Shown here: in pieces, positions 25,054 to 32,000 of the stretch
Numbering within the stretch: position 1 is the first letter of the stretch
Layout of the letters: each line of letters opens with the position of its first letter
Source: Candidatus Electrothrix sp. GW3-4
Lineage (GTDB): Bacteria > Desulfobacterota > Desulfobulbia > Desulfobulbales > Desulfobulbaceae
Assembly: GCF_037902255.1 (NCBI RefSeq)
Contig: NZ_CP147990.1
Location: 90,001-122,000 of the forward strand
Length of the DNA stretch: 32,000 nucleotides
Direction: 5' to 3'
The notes under the pieces: generated by a model
What the model was told of the DNA's origin: nothing
Databases searched by the model: none
What the model saw: the letters and a program-made list of their open reading frames with translations, nothing else
Made by a program: the position numbers and the translations under genes

Positions 25054-25220
25054 GAGGAAAATACCTCGCTGTAACGGGAGAAACTCTTGCCGAAGCGGCG
25101 AAAATCATCCTGAAGCAGGAGAAACTCATTTTGTACCAGGAAAAAACAGTATTGTAGCAGGAAAAAATCGTTCTGAAGCGGGAGAAAGTCGTCCTGTAGG
25201 AGGAGAAAATGGCTCTGCAG
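25054..25220 (+). repeat. Tandem array of eight 21-bp repeats (one unit is 20 bp), consensus about CRGGARAAA-N6-CTGNAG
   Basis: The units are 25054-74, 25075-95, 25096-115, 25116-36, 25137-57, 25158-78, 25179-99 and 25200-20. They are contiguous with no spacers. GGA is retained in 7 of 8 units. Confidence 0.9.
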
Positions 25221-25300
25221 CACTACATGGCCATTTCCGCCCCCTCCGCCCGCTTATCCTCTGGGAGATTCTTCCCTTCAACCCAACGTAGGAGAACGCC

Positions 25301-25945
25301 ATGCCCGCCTCATACCATTCCATCGAAGATCGTCTGAACCGCTACCAAACTGGACTCACCAATGCCCGCAATGTTCCTGAGTTGCAAAGCCGGGTTGCCC
25401 TGTTCGGCTATACCCCGGATAAGCTCAATCAGATTCTGAGCCAGCGGCAGCAGGCGTTCGAGCTCTACCTTGCCCAGAAAAGCGAATACAGCGAGCAGTA
25501 TACTGCCACCGAAACCTTTGACAAGGCCTGGAAAACCGCCCATGGGGCCTACATGCGCTTGGTTCGCTTGGGGCGAATCCTGTTCCGGGACGATCATGCC
25601 ATCTTTATTAAGCTGACCCTTAACGAGGAGCGCAAACGGACCTTTTCCGGCTGGTTGGCCCAGGCTAACACCTTTTTCAGCAACCTCCTGGCTGATCCGG
25701 TTGTTTTGGAACAATATGGTCAGTATAATACGTCAGAAGATGTGATCAAGGCGGCAAAGGCTCTGGTAGATGCAGCTGAAGTGGCAAATATCATTCAGGC
25801 AAAAGAAACAGGAGAGGCCCGGCAGGCCACCCAAGATCGGGGTGCGAAGATGGAAGCCCTGGATAAGGCTATGTCGGAGTTCTATGCCTTGGCCGAACTG
25901 GCCTGCGAAGATGCACCGGATCTGCTGGATATGCTTGATCGGTGA
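25301..25945 (+). CDS. Hypothetical all-helical protein (214 aa)
   Basis: AGGAG lies 6 nt before the ATG at 25301. The ORF is clean with normal composition, with no TM or signal sequence. I recognise no family. Confidence 0.6.
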   Translation: MPASYHSIEDRLNRYQTGLTNARNVPELQSRVALFGYTPDKLNQILSQRQQAFELYLAQKSEYSEQYTATETFDKAWKTAHGAYMRLVRLGRILFRDDHAIFIKLTLNEERKRTFSGWLAQANTFFSNLLADPVVLEQYGQYNTSEDVIKAAKALVDAAEVANIIQAKETGEARQATQDRGAKMEALDKAMSEFYALAELACEDAPDLLDMLDR

Positions 25946-26056
25946 TAAATCGAATGTAATGCCATAATATATTCATTCCCCCAGCCTTTTTTGCTGTACA
26001 GCCAGTACGGCGTTCGATAACAACAAAAACAAGGTTTGCAGGCTGGGGGGATTTGT

Positions 26057-26563
26057 CTATTCTTCTGAAGGAAGGGGTGAGGGCTCTGCAGCCGCTTTTT
26101 TTTCATCCTCAAAGATCTGCAACAACAAAAAGATCCCCACCCCGACAGAAATCCCTGAATCCGCCACATTGAAGGCAGGCCAGTGGTAGCCCTTGATATA
26201 GACATCCAGGAAATCCACCACAGAGCCGTACAGGACCCGATCAATCACATTACCCACAGCTCCGCCCCCGATACAGGCGAAGGAGAGGGTGTACCAAGAG
26301 TTCTCTTTCCCCATCTTGCGTTGCATAACCACCAGGGCCACCAGGGCCACCGCCGCAATGCTGATGAAAAAGATCTGTCGCCAGAGCGGTGGCATCCCGG
26401 AGAGCATGCCAAAGGCCGCCCCGGTATTGCGGAGAAAGGTGAGATTGAAAAAGCCAGGAATGATCACCTGGGACTCATAGAGTGCGAAGTTGTCCAGGAT
26501 CCAGAGCTTGCTCAGCTGGTCGCCCACCACGACCAGCACCAGGATAAGAAAGAAACGGATCAT
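26057..26563 (-). CDS. lspA: Lipoprotein signal peptidase (signal peptidase II)
   Basis: MIRFFLILVLVVVGDQLSKLWI...NTGAAFGML...VGNVIDRVLYGSVVDFLD...WPAFNVADS are the conserved LspA blocks. The start lies 2 nt after the ileS stop, giving the classic ileS-lspA operon. Confidence 0.9.
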   Translation of the reverse strand: MIRFFLILVLVVVGDQLSKLWILDNFALYESQVIIPGFFNLTFLRNTGAAFGMLSGMPPLWRQIFFISIAAVALVALVVMQRKMGKENSWYTLSFACIGGGAVGNVIDRVLYGSVVDFLDVYIKGYHWPAFNVADSGISVGVGIFLLLQIFEDEKKAAAEPSPLPSEE

Positions 26564-26565
26564 AA

Positions 26566-29373
26566 TCAGCCTGCCAGCTCCTTGACCACAGCAAGGCAAC
26601 GGCTGCACAGGGCCGGATGCTCGCTGTCTTCACCTACTGTGGGGGATATGGTCCAGCAGCGTTCACATTTATTGCCCGGCGCAGGCCGGACCGCGATCTG
26701 TAGATCCTTCATTTCCTCGCCAGCAACAAAGCTGGCATCGCCTGCCTCGGTAACAACCTGCAAACTGGATATGATACAGAGTTCCTGTAGCAGGGCCAGG
26801 TTGTCATTGAGAAAGGCGGTGGTCTCGGCATCTGCCTGGAGGAGCACCTCCGCATCCAGGGAGAGGCCAATGGTCTTATCCCGACGCGCTGCCTCCAGCA
26901 CCCTGGTGATCTCGCTGCGTAGGTCAAGCAGCTTGCTCCAACGGGCATCCAGCTCCGCATCCTGGGCAATATCGTCTACCTTGGGGAAGTCAGCAAAAAA
27001 GACTGATTCCTCAATAGGGGATTTTTGATCAAGCCCGTGTAGATGTTCCCAGGCCTCGGCAGCGGTCACGCTGAGGATCGGGGCCATCAGGCGGAGCAGG
27101 CCGTCCAGAATCCGGTAAATGACCGTCTGGGCTGCCCGGCGCTCCGGTGCATTCGGGGCGGAGCAGTAGAGCCGATCCTTGAGCACGTCCATATAGAGGC
27201 TGGAGATGGTGGTACCGCAGAAGTTGATCAGGCTGTGGTAGATGGCATGGAACTCATATTCGTTGTAGGCTCGCTCCACCCGCCGGACCAGATCGGCAAA
27301 ACGGGCCTGGGCCCAACGATCCATCTCACTGAAGGCTTCCGAGCCGACGCTATCTGTGGCTGGATCAAAATCATTGAGATTAGAGAGGAGAAAGCGGATA
27401 GTGTTCCTGATTTTGCGATAGGAATCAGAGACTCGGCGAAGGATCTCCTCGGAGACCTTGACGTCGTCCCGATAATCTTCGCTGGCTACCCAGAGGCGGA
27501 GGATTTCTGCCCCGAATTTATCGATCCCCTCCTGGGGAGCAATCACGTTGCCGATGGATTTGGACATCTTCTTGCCCTTGCCGTCCACCACATAGCCGTG
27601 GGTGAGCACGCCCTTGAACGGTGCGCAGTCACGGGTGCCCACTGAGGTCAGCAGAGAGGACTGAAACCAGCCCCGATGCTGGTCACTGCCTTCCAGGTAG
27701 AGATCCGCCGGAGAGCGCAACTCGTCTCGCGCCTCCATAACCGCAGCATGGCTGACCCCGGAGTCAAACCAGACATCCAGGATATCTGTTTCTTTCTCAA
27801 AATGGGTTGAGCCGCAGGAGCATTGTACCTCGTCCGGGAGAAAGTCCGCTGCCTCATGCTTGAACCAGGCATCAGCTCCTTCTTGTTCAAACATGGCCTC
27901 AATATTTTCACAGACCGCAGCATCCTTGAGGATCTCGCCGCAGTCTGCGCAGGTCAGCACGGTCAGCGGGACACCCCAGGAACGCTGGCGCGAGACACAC
28001 CAGTCCGGTCGACCTTCCACCATGCCGTAGATGCGTTGCTGGCCCCAGGCCGGGGTCCACTTGACCTCGTTGATGGCCTGGAGGGCCTTGTTGCGCAGGT
28101 CATTATTCTTCATGGAGATGAACCACTGCTTGGTGGCTCGGTAGATCACCGGTTTTTTGCAACGCCAGCAATGGGGATAGGAGTGATTGATCTCGCTCTC
28201 CTTGACCAGGGAGCCGTCTGCTGCCATATCATCGTTGATCTCCCGATTGACAGCCGGGATTTGGCGACCTGCGTATTTGCCTGCCTCTTCCGTGTATTGG
28301 CCTGCATCATCCAGAGGTGAGAGCACATCCAGATCGTAGCGCAGACCGGTGATGTAGTCGTCTGCACCATGTCCGGGTGCGGTATGGACACAACCGGTAC
28401 CGGCCTCAGTGGTGACATAGTCGGCCAGGACCATCAGGGAGTTCCGATCCAGGAAGGGGTGACGGCATTTTTTGCCCTCCAGACCCTTGGCCGAAAAGGT
28501 GGTCAGCACCTTGTACTCACTGATGCCGAAGTCCTCAAAGCATTTTTCCACCAGCTCCTGGGCCAGAATCCAGACCTCGTCCTTGACCGCCACAGCGGCA
28601 TAGACAAAATCAGGATGAAAGGCCACCCCCATATTGGCGGGCAGGGTCCAGGGGGTGGTAGTCCAGATCAGCACCCGGAGGTTTTCCATGCCTGCCAGTT
28701 CAGGCACGGCCTCTTTCAGATCCTCTGCCACAGGAAATTTGACATAGATGGACGGTGAGGTGTGATCATAATATTCGACCTCAGCTTCGGCCAGGGCCGT
28801 GCGGCAGGTGGAGCACCAGTAGACCGGCTTTTTGGAGCGCACCACGCCATCGGAGAGGAGAAAACGGTTGAACTCCCGGGCAATGGCGGCCTCGTAGGCG
28901 AAATTGATGGTCAGATAGGGATTATCCCAATCGCCCAAGACCCCTAAACGGCGAAACTGTTCTTTCTGGGTCTTGATCCATTTTTCAGCATAGTTGCGGC
29001 AGGCACCGCGCTTTGCCAACACCGGGATGGTTTCTTTTTTCTTGCCCAGCTCCTTGTCCACATTATGCTCAATGGGCAGACCGTGGCAGTCCCAGCCCGG
29101 AATATACGGGGCCTGGAAACCGGCCAGTCGGCGGGACTTGAGGATAATATCCTTGAGTACCTTATTAAAGGCCGTACCGAGATGAATATTGCCGTTGGCA
29201 TAGGGAGGGCCGTCGTGGAGAATGAACAGGGGCCTGTCCGCTGCTTTTTCCTGAAGCTTCTGATAGAGTTTTTCCTTGTCCCAGTGTTTCAGGTATTGCG
29301 GCTCTTTCTGGGTCAGATTGGCCTTCATCTTGAATTTGGTTTTGGGCAGATTCAGGGTATCCCGGTATTCCAT
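26566..29373 (-). CDS. ileS: Isoleucine--tRNA ligase (type 1, with C-terminal zinc finger)
   Basis: The start MEYRDTLNLPKTKFKMKANL is at 29373. The HIGH motif is PPYANGNIHLGTAFNK and the KMSKS motif is KKMSKS. The C-terminus is CERCW...CSRC. Confidence 0.95.
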   Translation of the reverse strand: MEYRDTLNLPKTKFKMKANLTQKEPQYLKHWDKEKLYQKLQEKAADRPLFILHDGPPYANGNIHLGTAFNKVLKDIILKSRRLAGFQAPYIPGWDCHGLPIEHNVDKELGKKKETIPVLAKRGACRNYAEKWIKTQKEQFRRLGVLGDWDNPYLTINFAYEAAIAREFNRFLLSDGVVRSKKPVYWCSTCRTALAEAEVEYYDHTSPSIYVKFPVAEDLKEAVPELAGMENLRVLIWTTTPWTLPANMGVAFHPDFVYAAVAVKDEVWILAQELVEKCFEDFGISEYKVLTTFSAKGLEGKKCRHPFLDRNSLMVLADYVTTEAGTGCVHTAPGHGADDYITGLRYDLDVLSPLDDAGQYTEEAGKYAGRQIPAVNREINDDMAADGSLVKESEINHSYPHCWRCKKPVIYRATKQWFISMKNNDLRNKALQAINEVKWTPAWGQQRIYGMVEGRPDWCVSRQRSWGVPLTVLTCADCGEILKDAAVCENIEAMFEQEGADAWFKHEAADFLPDEVQCSCGSTHFEKETDILDVWFDSGVSHAAVMEARDELRSPADLYLEGSDQHRGWFQSSLLTSVGTRDCAPFKGVLTHGYVVDGKGKKMSKSIGNVIAPQEGIDKFGAEILRLWVASEDYRDDVKVSEEILRRVSDSYRKIRNTIRFLLSNLNDFDPATDSVGSEAFSEMDRWAQARFADLVRRVERAYNEYEFHAIYHSLINFCGTTISSLYMDVLKDRLYCSAPNAPERRAAQTVIYRILDGLLRLMAPILSVTAAEAWEHLHGLDQKSPIEESVFFADFPKVDDIAQDAELDARWSKLLDLRSEITRVLEAARRDKTIGLSLDAEVLLQADAETTAFLNDNLALLQELCIISSLQVVTEAGDASFVAGEEMKDLQIAVRPAPGNKCERCWTISPTVGEDSEHPALCSRCLAVVKELAG

Positions 29374-29678
29374 TGTTTTTTCTCGTGGAGTAAATATGTT
29401 TGTTGAGGATTCAGGCATTGTACAGCATCGTGCAGCGTTGTACATTTGCGATGCTGGACATGTGAGGAGGGCGTGCTCCGTACTTCTACCTGGACAAGCT
29501 CTTTTTCTTATTGTAATAACAGATTAATGTCTAAAGATATTCAGCATGCCCTTGTCTGGCCCAGGCTGCATCTGCGAAAACAAAGATAAAAAATGCAGAA
29601 TTTTACTCCGATCGGGAGAAGATGCAAGGGAAATTGCCTGATTTCGAGTATTACATCCCATGTAAGGAGAAAGAAGAA

Positions 29679-31253
29679 ATGAACGTTTCAGTCATAGGAT
29701 CCGGCTATTGGGGAAAGAATCTGGTACGCAATTTTTACGCCTTGGATGCCCTGCACAGTATCTGCGACAGCAATCCAGACACCCTGGCCTTGTTCCGACA
29801 GGATTATCCTGATGTTAGCTCGTGTTTGTCCTTTGCTGAGGTGATCAATAATCCTGAGGTGACGGGCGTTGCTATCTCCACCCCTGCAGTGACCCACGCC
29901 ACCTTAGCAAAAGAGGCCTTGCTTGCAGGCAAAGATGTCTATGTGGAAAAACCGCTTTGCCTCTCGGAAAAGGAGGGCAGGGAGCTGAATACGATCGCCA
30001 GGGAGCAAGGGCGGATCTTGATGATCGGGCATCTCCTCTGGTATCATCCCCTGGTGCTCAAATTGAAAGAGCTGGTGGACAGAGGTGAGCTGGGCAGGAT
30101 TCAGTACATCTACTCCAACCGACTCAATCTCGGTAAGCTTCGGCGGGAAGAGAATGTCCTCTGGTCCTTTGCCCCCCATGATATCTCTGTCATCTTAGGG
30201 CTCACTGGAGAGATGCCGACAGCGGTCTGCGCCCAGGGTGGAAATTTTCTCCACCGGCAAATAGCGGATACCACGGTCACTCTCCTGGATTTTCCCTCAG
30301 GAACCCGAGCGCATATCTTTGTCTCCTGGCTTCATCCCTTTAAGGAGCAGATGCTGGTGGTTGTCGGCGATAAGCAGATGGCGGTATTTAATGATACTGC
30401 CCCCTGGGAGGAGAAATTACAGCTTTATCCGCACTCCGTAAAATGGGAAGACAATATCCCCGTGGCTGATCGGGCAGAGGCAGTGCAGGTACATGTTGAG
30501 CAGGAGGAACCCCTACGAGCAGAATGTGCTCATTTTCTTGATTGCATAGCGGCCCGCAAGCAACCCAGAACCGATGGCGAAGAGGGACTGAGGGTATTGA
30601 CGGTCTTAAATTGTTGCCAGGAATCCCTGGAAAAAGGCAATGCCTCCCTTATTCAGGTTGCTGGCCGAGAGGCTGGCTTCGATATTCACGAGACTGCTCA
30701 GGTTGACGAGAATGTGCAGATTGGAGAGGGAACAAAAGTTTGGCATTTTTCCCATATCCTTTCCGGGAGTATTATCGGTGAATCCTGTTCCATCGGGCAG
30801 AATGTGGTTATTGGGCCGGATGTGCGAATTGGCTCGGGGTGTAAAATCCAGAATAACGTTTCTGTCTATAATGGGGTGGAGTTGGAGGATGACGTTTTCT
30901 GTGGTCCTTCGATGGTGTTCACCAATGTGTTTAATCCGCGCTCTGCTGTTTCCAGGAAAAAAGAATTCAGAAAAACCTTGGTCCGGAAAGGGGCAACCAT
31001 TGGCGCGAATGCAACCATAGTCTGCGGAGTGGAAATTGGTGAGTCAGCCTTTATCGGCGCAGGGGCGGTAGTTACTCATGATGTTCCGGCTTTCGCCTTA
31101 ATGACCGGCAACCCTGCCCGGCAAACCGGGTGGATGAGCAGGCATGGGGAGAAGTTGGGTCTACCTTTACAAGGGGAAGGGGAAGGGGAAGATGTTTGTC
31201 CGCATACCGGTGAAAAGTACGTATTGAAGGATGGTAGAGTCTGTATTCATTAA
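29679..31253 (+). CDS. Bifunctional Gfo/Idh/MocA oxidoreductase + left-handed-beta-helix N-acetyltransferase (WbpB/WlbA-like fused to WbpD/WlbB-like)
   Basis: AAGGAG precedes the ATG at 29679. The N-terminal part has [19 protein letters not shown]...VYVEKPL (Rossmann dehydrogenase). The C-terminal part, [31 protein letters not shown]...[27 protein letters not shown]...[45 protein letters not shown], has hexapeptide repeats of the WlbB/WbpD type. Confidence 0.75.
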   Translation: MNVSVIGSGYWGKNLVRNFYALDALHSICDSNPDTLALFRQDYPDVSSCLSFAEVINNPEVTGVAISTPAVTHATLAKEALLAGKDVYVEKPLCLSEKEGRELNTIAREQGRILMIGHLLWYHPLVLKLKELVDRGELGRIQYIYSNRLNLGKLRREENVLWSFAPHDISVILGLTGEMPTAVCAQGGNFLHRQIADTTVTLLDFPSGTRAHIFVSWLHPFKEQMLVVVGDKQMAVFNDTAPWEEKLQLYPHSVKWEDNIPVADRAEAVQVHVEQEEPLRAECAHFLDCIAARKQPRTDGEEGLRVLTVLNCCQESLEKGNASLIQVAGREAGFDIHETAQVDENVQIGEGTKVWHFSHILSGSIIGESCSIGQNVVIGPDVRIGSGCKIQNNVSVYNGVELEDDVFCGPSMVFTNVFNPRSAVSRKKEFRKTLVRKGATIGANATIVCGVEIGESAFIGAGAVVTHDVPAFALMTGNPARQTGWMSRHGEKLGLPLQGEGEGEDVCPHTGEKYVLKDGRVCIH

Positions 31254-31401
31254 TACGTTCAAGATGTTATTTGGGAAGTTGTGATGAAGACGGTGTGGGG
31301 CGCTGCATGGTCTTTTGAAATTGTAGAGGTAGTTGTTGCAATTTGCCTTCAATCGTGCTTTTTTATGTTTTGTAGCTTTCAGAAATTTTTAAAAGTTGAA
31401 A

Positions 31402-31914
31402 ATGGATTCCGTCGATAATATTGCCGCAGCACGAAAGAACCTTATTGAGACAGGAGGGCGCACAAGTCAGGATTTGGGCTTGGGCCGCATTGTCGGGCAG
31501 GTGCTGGTGTATCTTTACCTCCAGCCCAAGGAATGCTCACTGGATGTCTTAGAGCTGGACCTAGGCTTGAGTAAGGCATCCGTCAGTGTCGCAGCTCGCC
31601 AGCTTGAGGCCTTAGGGCTCATTCAACGCGTCTGGATAAAAGGAGAACGGAAAAAATATTACCGGAGTGCAGAAAACATTGCCAGTGCCTTGCAGCAAGG
31701 TTTGTTGTCAATGCTCCGCCATAAGGTGCAGCATTTTGGCGATGAACTTGAAAAGAGTCTTCAGTTGCTGGAAATAGCTTCTGTATCGACCAATAAAGAA
31801 GAGCTGGGGTTTATGCAACAGCGAGTACATCGGGCAAAAAAACTGCAGGAACGCCTAGGAACTATATTAGGTAATCCCCTCGTTCGCCTTTTGGCAAAGA
31901 TGAATAGCAATTAA
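31402..31914 (+). CDS. GbsR/MarR-type winged-helix transcriptional regulator
   Basis: GGRTSQDLGLGRIVGQVLVYLYLQPKECSLDVLELDLGLSKASVSVAARQLEALGLIQRVWIKGERKKYY matches the GbsR-like wHTH pattern. The ATG at 31402 lies two codons into the TTG-started ORF. Confidence 0.6.
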   Translation: MDSVDNIAAARKNLIETGGRTSQDLGLGRIVGQVLVYLYLQPKECSLDVLELDLGLSKASVSVAARQLEALGLIQRVWIKGERKKYYRSAENIASALQQGLLSMLRHKVQHFGDELEKSLQLLEIASVSTNKEELGFMQQRVHRAKKLQERLGTILGNPLVRLLAKMNSN

Positions 31915-31937
31915 TACATACGGTACAGAGATAGAGT

Positions 31938-32000
31938 ATGAGTAATGAGGAACAATGGGATCTGGTGATTAAGCCGAAAATAGGGTGGTTTGATATCCAT
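31938..32000 (+). CDS. N-terminus of an ABC-2 type (Wzm/KpsM-like) polysaccharide export permease (3' end outside window)
   Basis: MSNEEQWDLVIKPKIGWFDIH resembles the conserved ...I.P..GWFD(L/I)... N-terminal motif of O-antigen/teichoic-acid ABC-2 permeases. Only 21 codons are visible. Confidence 0.4.
   Translation, partial: MSNEEQWDLVIKPKIGWFDIH

Noticed and set aside
25054-25220. CRISPR array
   Set aside because: The repeats are directly contiguous with no unique spacers. The units are only 21 bp and diverged, and there are no cas genes in the window.
25035-25223. 62-aa minus-strand ORF with LQxxFxL heptads across the 21-bp repeats
   Set aside because: I did not call it a CDS. It has a GTG start with no SD within range. 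The heptad frame is lost at the 20-nt unit, and the ORF is a direct consequence of the repeat consensus lacking stops in that frame. I keep it as an alternative hypothesis in the repeat finding because the wobble-like variation is suggestive.
26709-29406. Numerous 60-200-aa ORFs in other frames within ileS (e.g. 27043-27645, 27823-28320, 28369-28758)
   Set aside because: All are nested inside or antisense to the 935-aa IleS gene, whose HIGH and KMSKS motifs confirm the frame. None has motifs or translation signals.
29374-29620. T-box or other leader riboswitch upstream of ileS
   Set aside because: The conserved T-box sequence (GGTGGTACCGCG-like; CGCGGTACCACC on the plus strand) is absent, and there is no specifier/antiterminator architecture. 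I saw only short generic hairpins.

Overview
The window is a bacterial chromosomal segment. The protein sequences suggest a deltaproteobacterial / Desulfobacterota-type genome, but that is only an inference. Most of it is housekeeping backbone: a PEGA-like protein and an OmpA-family lipoprotein, minCDE, two paralogous surface-antigen-like lipoproteins, yjbQ, cvpA, an Sfp-type PPTase, mutM, a tightly coupled fabG-fabZ-fabI-ykvA operon, xerC, xseB-dxs, htpX, lspA-ileS, and the start of a polysaccharide locus (WbpB/WbpD-like fusion, GbsR-like regulator, ABC-2 permease). From about 12.8 to 19.5 kb the backbone is interrupted by a visibly AT-richer, gene-poor accessory stretch next to tRNA-Gln(CUG). 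This stretch holds two apparently intact insertion sequences. One is IS1634-like, with 22/23-bp inverted repeats and a 6-bp CTATTT target duplication. The other is IS630, with TA duplication and an A8 -1 frameshift site. It also holds a few small Cys-rich or membrane ORFs, including a standalone two-CW-domain protein. I found no recognisable large multi-gene novel system such as a defence, secretion or CRISPR locus. The most unusual signals are three. First, eight head-to-tail 21-bp repeats, each with a CAGGA/CGGGA/GAGGA + A-run core, lie in the leader region of an orphan gene at 25.05-25.22 kb and may be a CsrA-type GGA array or a phased binding-site array. Second, the small Cys-rich gene set sits in the island. 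Third, two strongly C-depleted plus-strand tracts lie upstream of minus-strand genes. MinD also appears to have lost its normal stop through a one-base change in a G5 run. All calls rest on reading the sequence and the ORF translations; no database search was run.
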